From assembly GCF_964355755.1 (NCBI RefSeq), contig NC_092675.1:28926912-28990911 (forward strand): 64,000 bases of DNA, in the 5' to 3' direction. The notes beneath the pieces are model-generated. The model was not told the DNA's origin. It saw only the letters and a list, made by a program, of their open reading frames with translations, and searched no databases. Shown here piece by piece: positions 22,920 through 35,437 of this stretch; position 1 is the stretch's first letter, and each line of letters opens with the position of its first letter. This DNA comes from Antedon mediterranea. Taxonomy: Eukaryota; Animalia; Echinodermata. Both the position numbers and the translations under genes were made by a program.

Positions 22920-25110
22920 CTTGGCAGAGACATTTTTAAAGTATTAAAAAACAATGTAAACTTGAAAAACTATTTTACTAAAAAATGGTAGATCCCATTA
23001 AAAGTACAGATTCTCTTTATCTTGATATTATTGAATAAACGATTAGGATAGGTTAAACATTATTAAAACATATCTGAGTAGACTCTTTTGATTAGATTGT
23101 GGATACTGAATCAATACCCCATTGAATCTATACATCATCAATTTGGTATATGGCCGTTGAATTTTTTTATATTGCCATTCATTTTTGTACAATGAGCAAA
23201 AACCACATGCAATACAAGTATAGGTTGCTCTGTCTGTAATTGATCTTAACAAATCTTTTCGATTTGTTTAGGCCTTGCTAGCCTCTCATAATATGTAGGT
23301 GTTTCACCTCATCAAATTATTGTACAATTGCACTCATTATTTGTATAATATAAAATACAGCTACTACATGTAGTATCAAATACAGTACTGTTGATTATAT
23401 CATGGAGTAAAGATTCTTTACTCCATGATTATATCCTTTAAAAGGATTAAGAATTATATTCTTAATATGATGTACAGTTTAGATTTTATCTAAGACCTTA
23501 GCTCTATCTACAGTTTCTATTTCCTTCTCATATTTAATAATTGTTATTATATGAAAACGTTAATGTTAAGGGTTTTTCAACAAAAACCAAATAATCATAA
23601 TAATAAACATCATTGAAAAATAAATTGGAACAATAAGCAATGTCTGTTTTGTTTTGTGCTGGTATTTGTGAAACAAATAAAAGTGAAAGTGAAATGAACT
23701 TTACATATCTGGAAATAGTTTCAGCCTGATACCTGGATTTTGTCCATATAATATCACACATAAATCATCATCATCTTCAATATTGCTCTGCGCTTTAATG
23801 ATTTTAATTAGTTTTGTAGAGAGCCCTATACAGAGGGCGCTATATAATTATTAAAAATACTGAAATGAGAAACTGATTCAGTACTGCCTACAAACTGCCT
23901 ACAATATATCTGAAATTGTGAAGAATCAAATGTATATTTATATAAACACCAAATATATGATCAGTTCAAATGTTTATTTGTAAATGGTTTTGCTGTATAA
24001 ATGTCCTTATTAACAACATTGTAAGATGATCTTAAGTTTTCTGTATTGAAATTATTATAGAGGGCAGTGTAGACTGCTACAGCTCAGCTTTACCAGAGCA
24101 AATCTCTACAAAGCAGTTTATCTCTACTGAGCAGTGCCTAAAGGTACGTTTATACTACTGATGATAAAGAATGACGATAATAATTAAATTTACATTTTCG
24201 TTGAATTGAAAGTTTTGATGCTAGAACTATAGGATAACCATTATATGATGTTGTTGTTGAAAATAGAATTTTTTTAAATCCAATCAAATGATGTCATGAT
24301 CAATAATAAAATCGTATTATCTCTTACTAATCATGAAATCATCTGATTGGATTAAAAATATTATCTTTGTAGGAAAAATGCATATTTATCACTTATCATC
24401 AATCGTAATAGTATAAATAGGTCTTTATGGTGCAAACCATGCCTCATATCACCCAGATGCATCAGAAACCAACATAATGTAGCCTAGCAAAAAGTGCATC
24501 ATCTATTATTACTATCTTGTAATATTGATAATTAGTTTTTAATTATCATCCTACACAATGCAATTTATAGAGATGAGAAATAAAAAGATACAGTGCACAT
24601 AAACCAGGTTCAATAGAAAATTAATTATATTTAAATTATTTATTATATAATGATAATTTGAACAGAGGTCATTAAAAATACAAAGATTTTAGTATTATTA
24701 TTTAGCCTAACCAATTCATCAGAATGTAGAAACTTGAGCAAAAATGGATAAAAAAATGTGTTTACTTGACAGATAAAGCATTAGATTGATTGGCTCAAAA
24801 TTAACCAATGACAGACAAGTGTTTGTAGCTATACAACGCAACAAGTACAGTCACACATAGCATCATATTACTGAATGACAAAGACTCGGATAAAGATGTG
24901 ATAATGAGTTCTTGCCAAAGTTATTTATACTTTAATGAAACTGGAAATACATTTACAAGTTGCATTTTATGAAAACTTTATTTCGGTATTTGAATATTCC
25001 TTCCGAATTTAAAGGAATTGTATGCAGCAAGAAAAACAGCGAATATTGGAACAAGTGCGGGAAGAGAAATGTTATCAATCAATTTATAGACAAGCATCTA
25101 TGTTCATGCA

Positions 25111-27117
25111 ATGTTGTCATCAAAGGCAGTTTTAGTGAACTTTGTAATACTATTCCTAACAACTTGCTGTCCTTGCAAAGGTACACTAGAACCAGCTAAA
25201 CCAAGTGTTAACATTTTCATTCCGGTAGGAACATACTTTGTTGGTAACAATTTAACTATTTCTTGTGAATATAAATACATTGAAGACTTCCATAAGAAAC
25301 ACATTGCACTTTTTCACAATAGTAAAATAATTGAGATACACTTTTTTGATGATAGAACAAATAAAGACATTTTCACCAGAAAATATGAAATGAGAAATAT
25401 GTTAAGGAATAACTCTGGATCATACAAGTGTGTATATAATACTAGCAACAAGTCTATTTTTCCATCTGAAGAAAAAGTTATTCAAGTTTGGTCAAAACCA
25501 GAGAATCCCAAATGCAAGGTTTCTCCACAATTCTATTTTGAAGGACAAGAAGTGACATTAATTTGTGAAACCAGTGGTACATATCCAGAATTTACCTTAA
25601 AATGGGAATTTGATCAACCCACTTCAAAAAATCAAGTTACAATAAACGTAACTGCCACGAAAAATATTAATGGTTCTAAACATCAATGTATCTTGAATGT
25701 ACAGAATTCAGTTAAACAGTGTCAAATCATTATTAAAATACATAATGTACACATTTTTGGTAATAATGTTACATTTGGTCAACCAGCAATTTTGCAATGC
25801 ATTGTGTCTGATATGAATAATACCATTCCAGAACTCAACTATACATGGACATCAGAATGTAAAAGTTTGAAGAGATTAATTGAAACAGAAAAAAGTAATA
25901 CAAGTTGTAAGAATATCAACGGTAACAACACAGATTGCCAAACATTTGGAGAAGACAAGATCCTAAACATTGAGAAAGTGACAGCTGATATGAACAGTGC
26001 TGTTATCACTTGTGAGGTACAAGGGTACAATGTTATTGGAAGAAACTCTAGTATACTTACTGTAAATGGACTACCTACTGTAGAACCAACAAGATATAGA
26101 GCTACGACAGAAAAAGATACACAAGAAAATACAAAAAGTAAGGAGAACAGTGACAATAAGCCTTACAATGACAGCAACAACAATGTTACTACTTATATAT
26201 ATATCATTGCTGCTATTTTTGGATCTCTTTTGTTTTTTATATTCCTAATCTATATTGTGAGAATATGCTTCCAGTGTATAAAAAAATCTTCACACCAAAG
26301 CAGCGATGTTGGTACAATACAAGCTATTGTAAGCTATGATAATGAATCTTACAGAACAGTACCATTGGTGGTTCGTGCACCATCAAAATCCAAACTCCAC
26401 CATACATCACAGCAATTATTAACAGACAACCAGATGAGCTCTGCTCCGAGTGTGATTTCATTACCAGATGAACGGCAACGTCAACGCATGAAACAAACAT
26501 GGATATCAACACGTCACCTAACACCCATACATTCAACCACTACATTTGGATCCAGTGATGATGAATATACACACAGCATTGATGACATGTTTAATGACCC
26601 TATGTATGATGAGATAAATTCTAAAACATTAAAAAATCAGAGGGAAGATTTGAGAACAGAAGCTGACCAAGTTGAGCCTTCTTGGAGTGGTGCAAAGCAC
26701 AGAGATGGCAACAAAGCTGATGGTGATGTACACAAGACAAAAACTGAAGATCCATATCAAGAAATTGAGAATGAATTTACAACAAGAAACAAGAGACTCA
26801 GATCAGAAGAAAATGTTCTGAATCCAGAATTGGAAGTTGGTTTTAATACTGAAGAGGTGAATGAAAGTATCTATACACAACCAGATAAAAAGAAATTGTC
26901 TCAAGAAAAAAACCTTAATAAACAAATAAAGGAAGAGTTTGGAAAAACACAAACAAAATCAAACAGCAGTGAAACAGAACATATCTACTCTCAAGTTAAC
27001 AAAAAGTTGAAAAACAAAGTTTTAAAGGATCAATATTTGGAGATATATGCAGAGACTGTGGACGTTGTCAGGAGTGATGGAAGTGAGTCTGAAGATGAAA
27101 CAGAAACTACATGTTAA
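25111..27117 (+). CDS. g7: 3-Ig receptor, ectodomain type C + tail L (intact, 668 aa)
   Basis: Signal peptide MLSSKAVLVNFVILFL, three Ig Cys pairs, TM and L tail. An in-frame deletion removes the YEKIS motif. Confidence 0.9.
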   Translation: MLSSKAVLVNFVILFLTTCCPCKGTLEPAKPSVNIFIPVGTYFVGNNLTISCEYKYIEDFHKKHIALFHNSKIIEIHFFDDRTNKDIFTRKYEMRNMLRNNSGSYKCVYNTSNKSIFPSEEKVIQVWSKPENPKCKVSPQFYFEGQEVTLICETSGTYPEFTLKWEFDQPTSKNQVTINVTATKNINGSKHQCILNVQNSVKQCQIIIKIHNVHIFGNNVTFGQPAILQCIVSDMNNTIPELNYTWTSECKSLKRLIETEKSNTSCKNINGNNTDCQTFGEDKILNIEKVTADMNSAVITCEVQGYNVIGRNSSILTVNGLPTVEPTRYRATTEKDTQENTKSKENSDNKPYNDSNNNVTTYIYIIAAIFGSLLFFIFLIYIVRICFQCIKKSSHQSSDVGTIQAIVSYDNESYRTVPLVVRAPSKSKLHHTSQQLLTDNQMSSAPSVISLPDERQRQRMKQTWISTRHLTPIHSTTTFGSSDDEYTHSIDDMFNDPMYDEINSKTLKNQREDLRTEADQVEPSWSGAKHRDGNKADGDVHKTKTEDPYQEIENEFTTRNKRLRSEENVLNPELEVGFNTEEVNESIYTQPDKKKLSQEKNLNKQIKEEFGKTQTKSNSSETEHIYSQVNKKLKNKVLKDQYLEIYAETVDVVRSDGSESEDETETTC

Positions 27118-28138
27118 TGGAAGACAGGTACCTATAAAGGTGAAAACTATACAAGGTATTTTGCAATAAATTAATATTATTTCTTATGCGATTTATTACT
27201 CATGTGTAAAATCAAAAGCTTTGAGATTGATAGAGAGTTGCTATCTAATCATTCCTAATAAATTAGCTAGCACTTTAAATGGTCATCACATTATATTTCT
27301 ATGTTCTTTTACTTATAGTATAATTATAGTCAATTGAATATTGCTTAACAAACTATTTTAATGGCACATAGTAATTTACTATTTAACCAAGTAAAAATCA
27401 GAAGAAATTCTAGTTGTCTTTGTAAAAGTTTTCACAGCTTAGAATTTATATTGGTGGAATTGAAAACAAATAATGTGTTTATTATCATATTTACATTACA
27501 AATAAAATTATAATTATTCCATGTGAACTTTCAATTATGCAATTAAATAAAAAATGTTAATTCTTAATACCATAAACAGCAAATGGCATAAATAATAGCA
27601 CATAAATGTATTTATTTAAAATACAGCAATACAAATCTAGGGATAGGAACATGCAAAGTGGTTTTATTATTAAATGCATTGCAATAATATTTTCTTTAAG
27701 TCATTGAAAGAAAATAAAGAATTTAAATAAACCATGATTGTAAACCAAACAAAACCATAAAAATTCTTTTAAAAACAGACTACAGAAACCAACTTGCACC
27801 TAAAAACGCACATAAAACAAAACTAAATCACTGTATATACAGTTTGTATCAAGGGGAATTGCTCCGAAATAATGATTGGCTAGAAATTTGCCAATCAAAA
27901 TGAGGCTTACATAGTAATTGAACTGCACACATGTACAATATATATATATGTACAAGATATATTCACTACAGTAATCAACCAACAAATATATCATACATCA
28001 CACATCATCTTGGAGTACTCACCAATTGAAAGACTGTACCGTTTACCTGTACATGTTCATTTTTATATATGAAGACTGTATGAAAAATACTGTTTTAGAT
28101 TGTGAACAGATTCAGAATTGAGGAACAACAGCTATACA

Positions 28139-29524
28139 ATGTTGTCACAATTGTTTACTTTAAATTTTCAAATAATGATTATGGCTTCATGTTTGCATAC
28201 TACAACATCAGAAACAGAACATTTACCACCAGCAGGACGTCCAGAAATAAGCATCAGTATTGAAAAGAAAGCATATTTTGTTGGCCAAGAACTTCAAGCT
28301 ACTTGTACATTTGAATCATTTAACACGGAAGGAAATTTAAACACAAATTACATTCAACTTTTACTAAATGATATAGCTTTAACAATTGACAAATCACAGA
28401 TTGTTACTATTTATGTAAGCAGCGATTACAATACACAGGTTTATCGTATAACAATTTCAAAACTCACAGAGTCTCTCACAGGATCATATAAATGTGGATA
28501 TATAGACGCTAAGGATTTAAATAAATCTTCTACACAAGACATAACAGTTTGGCCAATTCCAAAGGATCCAAACTGTACATCCTCCCAACCATTCTATTTT
28601 AAAGAACAAAACGTGACCTTAACATGTGAAGCCATTGCTTCATATCCAGATCTTGAATTGAGATGGAACCCTGATAAACCAACTTCTAAAAACAATCACA
28701 ACAAAATATTAATTGCTAATAAAGATGTGGAAAGTCGTTGCATAATGAATGTACCATCATGGAACTCACCAACATTTTTTTGTGATATTAAAATTGTAGT
28801 CACAAATCTTGAAGTGTATAATATTGATAATTTTACATTAGGACAATCTGCAAAATTAAAATGCATTGTGGGTACCATCAATAATACTGTCCCAGAACTA
28901 AACTATACTTGGATATCAGACTCTAGCAGTTTAAACAAAGAAATAAAGCAAAATGCAAATCCAAATTGTGCAAAAACCAATAGTAATAATAGCAACAGCA
29001 CAAACTGCATTGGAGAAGACAATATTCTAAACATTGAGAAAGTGACAGCTGATATGAACAATGCTGTTATCACTTGTGAGGTACAAGGGTACAATGTTAT
29101 TGGAAGAAACTCTAGTATACTTACTGTAAATGAACTACCTACTGTAGAACCAACAACAGATACAATAACTACTATAGAACCTACAAGAGATAGAGCTACG
29201 ACAGAAAAAGATAAGCACACTAGAAGAGAACTAACTACACAAGAAAATACAAAAAGTAAGAAGAACAGTGACAATGAGACTTACAATGACAGCAACAACA
29301 ATGTTACTACTTATATATATATCATTGTTGTTATTTTTGGATCTCTGATGTTATTGATATTTCAAATCTACATTATGGTTATTTGCTTCCATCGTTTTAA
29401 GGCATCAAATCAAAGTGTTCCTCAGGTTGGCACAACTCCACCTACTATCAGCTATGTCAATGACTCTTACAGAGCAGTGCCATTGTCCATCAGTGCACCA
29501 TCTACATCAGACAATACACAATAA
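28139..29524 (+). CDS. g8: 3-Ig receptor, ectodomain type D + tail S2 cut by a premature stop
   Basis: ATG at 28139 (MLSQLF, as in g11/g12). Ectodomain and TM are intact. TAA at 29522-29524 replaces the TCT seen in g4/g5. The rest of the tail (YQDI, DDYLIP) continues in frame after the stop. Confidence 0.8.
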   Translation: MLSQLFTLNFQIMIMASCLHTTTSETEHLPPAGRPEISISIEKKAYFVGQELQATCTFESFNTEGNLNTNYIQLLLNDIALTIDKSQIVTIYVSSDYNTQVYRITISKLTESLTGSYKCGYIDAKDLNKSSTQDITVWPIPKDPNCTSSQPFYFKEQNVTLTCEAIASYPDLELRWNPDKPTSKNNHNKILIANKDVESRCIMNVPSWNSPTFFCDIKIVVTNLEVYNIDNFTLGQSAKLKCIVGTINNTVPELNYTWISDSSSLNKEIKQNANPNCAKTNSNNSNSTNCIGEDNILNIEKVTADMNNAVITCEVQGYNVIGRNSSILTVNELPTVEPTTDTITTIEPTRDRATTEKDKHTRRELTTQENTKSKKNSDNETYNDSNNNVTTYIYIIVVIFGSLMLLIFQIYIMVICFHRFKASNQSVPQVGTTPPTISYVNDSYRAVPLSISAPSTSDNTQ

Positions 29525-32471
29525 CATACAGACATTATTTTAAATAATCTGAAGAAAGAAGAGCATGCTGAATTTCATATTTATCAGGACATCAACACAT
29601 CTTCTGATGACATCACAGATGACTATCTTATTCCTTTGACAATAGTTAAACAATTTGATCACAGCTCTAATTGTGAACAAATTTTAAAAGATATTAAATA
29701 CAAAGAAACAAGCCTGTGAAGAAATGGTTAAGGCAACAAATAATTTGGAAGTTGACAACACAACTGATGACCATGTTAATTTACACACTTATCATGACAC
29801 AAGCACAACTTTGGTGATGTCACTGATGGATACATTATAACTCCTGTAACTTTGGCAGAGCAAGTTAAAAAAGATGCAAACTCTAAACATACTAAACGTG
29901 AAGAACACCCCTGTAAAGCAATGGTAGATCCCATTAAAAAATAATATGACCAATTCTCTTTATCTAGAGGTATATATAACATTTACACACTTAGGATATG
30001 TTAAACATCAAATTTTAAACTCTTTAATATCATTGTTTTTATTTCATAAACCTCCTGAAGTAGAAGCTGAAGTTGATTGTTAGTGAATATAACAATACTA
30101 AAAGAAACTAAAAACTACTATTTGAAAGGATTACAAATTAAATTCTTTAATTTATTTGTAGTTTAGCTTATAATCTGAACTACATCTTCTATTTCCTTCT
30201 TATATATAATGATTATGAAAAAGTAAATTGTCAAGAATTTTAAGGTAAAAACTAGATAGAGTTTCAGGCTGATATATCTAGATGTTTTTAGTATTTTTTA
30301 AGCGAACATTAAACAAAATTATGTACAAAATATTAGAATTCTATTAGTAGAATTGATACACTTAAATCGTTAAATTTGGAACCAATATATTTTGAATACT
30401 ATAAGTGTATTTGTCATGCATACATGACAAATTGCCAAGAACATTAATTGTATCATAATAATTGATATCACTTTTATGTTTCTAATTATTGAATTAAAAC
30501 AAGTTGTTTATTTGGCACGTAAAGCATAAGATTGATTGGCTGAAAACAAACCAAAAACAGACAAGTGCTTTTAGCTATATACAAGTATGTACATTCACAA
30601 CAATCTTACTGAATTGTTATGATAATGCTATAAAAGACCAGTTCTTGCAATAGTTATTTAATTCTTACTAAAACTGGACTATACATTAAAGCTGCTGTTT
30701 ACCAAGGCTTATAAAACCATGGAGTTGTTATTAGAGAACTCCCTGATAAAACATAGCCTAGCTAGGCTAGACCTAAAGACCGTCTAGCTACTTAGGTAGT
30801 ACATTGTTTCTCTCTTTTTATCATAATTTACCATAAAACGTACATTTAAAACAAAGGAATGACCTGGTTTTTACAAAACGTTAACAATTGTAGGGAATGG
30901 GGCTATAGTTGATTGAATACAATTGTATACAGAGGGCGCTATATAATAATTGAATAGGCCTACTGATATGAAAACTGATATTATATAAAATAATTTAACT
31001 GCCTTGTCTAAAATTACAAAGAAACAAAACTATTTTTATTCAAATGCTATGTCAAAATCAGTGTTCTTGTTATTTAGTTTTGACTGAAGCAATCAAAGGG
31101 GACTACAGTAGTTGAAACAACTCAACTAAGCTTAACAAATAGATATGAGGACAAATCATACATAGCAGCTTCCAGGGTTAGCACCATACATTTCTTTAAA
31201 ATGAAGCAAATGTTGACTCTATATAATTGTTAATCTGTTAATTTTTACTTCATTTTAAACATTATATTTTTATTTGTTTTATACTAAGTTCTTATTTTTA
31301 TTTGTACATAGTATTTGCATCTGTATAAATGACCTTTTTCTGTTTTGAAATATTAAATTAAGTTAATAGTATACAAGGGCAGTGTACTCTCCCGATTATG
31401 GTTGGAGTCTCCTGATATTTTTAGTTTTTTCCCGATCTCACAATAAAATGCAATTTCCTCCAGATATTTTAGATAAAGAAATAATATCATGATTGTTCTA
31501 ATTTCTATTAATAGAAGAAAAAAAAAGAAAATATGCTAATATTGGTTCGCAGAAAGTTTATAATAAAATTAATGTATATAGCTTAAATAATGAGTTGGCA
31601 TCATATTTTCCGCCTTTGGCACGTCAGACATACCCATGTTTACTATTATAAATACTAATACCTGCTATTTTTAAATAGCACCCTCTATGGTTGAATGTAT
31701 TTTCAATATATTATAGCACCATTTATAGTTTGGACATGAATAAAACCTTCCGATATTTCATTTTTCCTTTTCCAAGTTAAGAGGTCTGACTCACAGGAAC
31801 AAGTCACATAATTTAGCCTAGCAACAAATGTGTATTAGGGTCTATCAAATATTCTAATATAATAATTTTGCATCATCATCTGGAAAATTAAAAATGGAAA
31901 ATTGAAGGATTTCCAACTTTAAAAGAAGTTCTTGTTGACTAATCCATATACTGTCTTGCCATGATAAACCTGTACAGTGCAATTTCAATGATAATAGATG
32001 AAGTGCACATAAAACAGTTTCAATGAGAAATATATGTATTTAAAGCATTAACATTCACAATTTTAACAGAGTATAACAATAAAAAAAACAAAAATTAACA
32101 GAATGTAGAAACTTGACTAAAAGCGCGAGATTGATTGGCTGAGAATAAACCAATTGCAATCAAGTGCTTGTAGCTATATACAACGCAACAAGTACAGTGA
32201 CACCTACAGTAGCATCTTACTGTAAGACTCGGACAAAGATTTATGTGATAATGCTATTAAAGAAGTTCTTGTGGTAGTTATTTATACTTTACTAAAACTG
32301 GAAATACATTTATAAGTTGCATTTTATGAAAACGTTATTTATTTGAAAATTCATTCCTAATTTAAAAGAACTGTATGCAGCAAGAAAAAGAGCGAATATT
32401 GGAAGTTGCAGGAAGAGAGATGTTATAAATCTAGTTAATTTTATAGACAGGCATACATCCATGTTCATGCA

Positions 32472-34502
32472 ATGTTGTCATCCAAGGCAGTTTTAGTGAA
32501 CTTTGTAATACTATTTCTAACAACTTGCTGTCCTTGCAAAGGTAACCTAGAACCAGCTGAACCAAGCGTTGAAATTTTCATCCCGGTAGGAACATACTTT
32601 GTTGGTAACAATTTAACAATTTCTTGTGAATATAAATACATTGACAACTTTCATAAGAAACACATTGCACTTTTACACAATAGTAAAATAATTGAGATAC
32701 ACTTTTTTCAATATAGAACAAATAAAGACATTTTCACCAGAAGATATGAAATGAGAAATATGTTAAAGAATAACTCTGGATCATACAAATGTGCATATAA
32801 TACTAGCAACAAGTCTATTTTTCCATCTGAAGAAAAGGTTATTCAAGTTTGGTCAAAACCAGAGAATCCCAAATGCAAAGTTTCTCCAGAATTCTATTTT
32901 GAAGGACAAGAAGTGACATTAACATGTGAAACCAGTGGTACATATCCAGAATTTACCTTAAAATGGGGATTTGATCAACCCACTTCAAAAAATAAAGTTA
33001 CAAAAAACGTAACTGCCACGAAAAATATTAATGGTTCTATACATAAATGTATCTTGAATGTACAGAATTCAGATAAAATTTGTAAAATCATAATTAAAAT
33101 AAGTAATGTTCACATTTTTGGTAATAATGTTACATTTGGTCAACCAGCAATTTTGAAATGCATTGTCTCTGATACGAATAATACCATTCCAGAACTCAAC
33201 TATATGTGGACATCAGAATCTGAAAGTTTAAAGAGAATAATGGAAATGGAAAAAAGAAATACAAGTTGTAAGAATATCAACGGTAACAACAAAGACTGCC
33301 AAACATTTGGAGAAGACAAGATCCTGAACATTGAGAATGTGACAGCTGATATGAACAATGCTGTTATCACTTGTGAGGTAGAAGGGTACAATGTTATTGG
33401 AAGAAACTCTAGTATACTTACTGTAAATGGACTACCTACTGTTGAACCTACAACAGATACAGTTATGAAAGAAAAAGATAAGAACACTAGAAGAGAACTA
33501 ACTACACAAGAAAATACAAAAATTAAGGAGAACAGTGACAAGACTTATAATGATAGAAACAACAATGTTACTACTTATATATATATCATTGTTGCTATTT
33601 TTGGATCTCTTTTGTTTTTTATATTCCTAATCTATATTGTGAGAATATGCTTCCAGTGTATAAAAAAATCTTCAAACCAAAGCAGCGGGGTTGGTACAAT
33701 ACAAGCTATTGTAAGCTATGATAATGAATCTTACAAAACAGTGCCATTGGTGGTTCGTGCAGCATCAAAATCCAAACTCCATCATACATCACAGCAATTA
33801 TTAACAGACAACCAGATAAGTTCTGCTCCGAGTATGATCTCCTTACCAGATGAACGGCAATGCCAACGCATGAAACAAACATGGGTATCAACACGTCACC
33901 TAACACCAGTACATTCAACCACTACATTTGGATCTAGTGATGATGAATATACACACAGCATTGGTGAAATGTTTAATGACCCTATGTATGATGAGATAAA
34001 TTCTAAAACATTGAAAAATCAGAGGGAGGATTTGAGAACAGAAGCTGATCAAGTTGAGCCTTCTTGGAGTGGTGCAAAGCACAGAGCTGATAGTGATGGA
34101 CACAAGACAAACACTGAAGATCCATATCAAAAAATTGGAAATGAGTTTACAGCAAGAGACAAAAGACTGACATCAGAAGAATATGTTCTGAATCCTTATG
34201 AGAAAATATCAGAATTGGAAGCTGGTTTTTATTCTGAAGAGGTGAATGAAAATATCTATTCACAACCAGATAAAAAGAAATCGTCTCAAAAAACAAACCT
34301 TAATAAACAAATAAAGGAAGAGTTTGGAAAAACACAAACAAAATCAAACAGCGGTGAAACAGAACATATTTACTCTCAAGTTAATAAAAAGATGAAAAAC
34401 AAAGTTTTAAAGGATCAATATCTGGAGATATATGCAGAGACTGTAGACGTTGTCAGGAGTGATGCAAGTGAATCTGAAGATGAAACAGAAACAACCTGTT
34501 AA
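32472..34502 (+). CDS. g9: 3-Ig receptor, ectodomain type C + tail L (intact, 676 aa)
   Basis: Same architecture; close paralog of g7. Confidence 0.9.
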   Translation: MLSSKAVLVNFVILFLTTCCPCKGNLEPAEPSVEIFIPVGTYFVGNNLTISCEYKYIDNFHKKHIALLHNSKIIEIHFFQYRTNKDIFTRRYEMRNMLKNNSGSYKCAYNTSNKSIFPSEEKVIQVWSKPENPKCKVSPEFYFEGQEVTLTCETSGTYPEFTLKWGFDQPTSKNKVTKNVTATKNINGSIHKCILNVQNSDKICKIIIKISNVHIFGNNVTFGQPAILKCIVSDTNNTIPELNYMWTSESESLKRIMEMEKRNTSCKNINGNNKDCQTFGEDKILNIENVTADMNNAVITCEVEGYNVIGRNSSILTVNGLPTVEPTTDTVMKEKDKNTRRELTTQENTKIKENSDKTYNDRNNNVTTYIYIIVAIFGSLLFFIFLIYIVRICFQCIKKSSNQSSGVGTIQAIVSYDNESYKTVPLVVRAASKSKLHHTSQQLLTDNQISSAPSMISLPDERQCQRMKQTWVSTRHLTPVHSTTTFGSSDDEYTHSIGEMFNDPMYDEINSKTLKNQREDLRTEADQVEPSWSGAKHRADSDGHKTNTEDPYQKIGNEFTARDKRLTSEEYVLNPYEKISELEAGFYSEEVNENIYSQPDKKKSSQKTNLNKQIKEEFGKTQTKSNSGETEHIYSQVNKKMKNKVLKDQYLEIYAETVDVVRSDASESEDETETTC

Positions 34503-35437
34503 TGGAGGACAGGTACCTATAAAGTTTACAACTATATACAAGGTAATTTGCAATACAATTTTATGTGATGTATCTTACTCAACTATAGTAATCAAATATG
34601 TTATTATAACTACCATGTTTTCTGAAAATCAAATTGGTACTATACTGCAAATGGTAAGCTAATTTGTCTGCTCTCAAACAGTTATCATAGAAGTACCTAT
34701 AATATTAGGCTATCTAATGGTGACTATGAATGGATGAATGGTTCAGTGTAGGAATGCTAGTTAACCATACTAACAGTACCATCTTGATTTTTGGATTAGC
34801 TGACAAAACTATAATTTAGTTATAATAATAATAATAATATTTATTCAGCATGTTATATCAAGTAAAATCTTCCAGGAGCAAGCAATAGGCATATGCCTGA
34901 ACATAATTAACTGCTCTTGTTCCAATAAATACAAATAGAACCTCAACAAAACTCAATTTAATTGAACATTTGTATTAGAGGGCAGTATAAAGTTTTCTCA
35001 TATTATACAATAATATGAAATTACTAACTTTCCATAAATTAAATGAAAACAGAAACCACATAAAAAACAACAATATACCTAATTTAAATGCTTCATTTAG
35101 AAAACTGAAATGATTGGCTAGAAATTTCCCATCAGGAATAATATTTCTTTATACAGTCTTACACAAATTTAGCTATTGTACTGTACGGTGATCTACTGTA
35201 AGCATTGCAGAATAAATCAATCATTTGGTCCACTTTTCTTTCTGTTCTTGAACTTCAAAGGAATTTTTGAAATTTGTATATTGTGTTGGTTGAAAGATTT
35301 AAAGTTTATTTGCAGATTATTTGGATCCCACCTCAGTGACAATTTTCATAAAATATATTACACAGTTATTTCAACTGGAAAAGCTGACTTAGTGATTTTT
35401 GTAATTTACACTGACAACAATTCTAGGATTAAATGCA

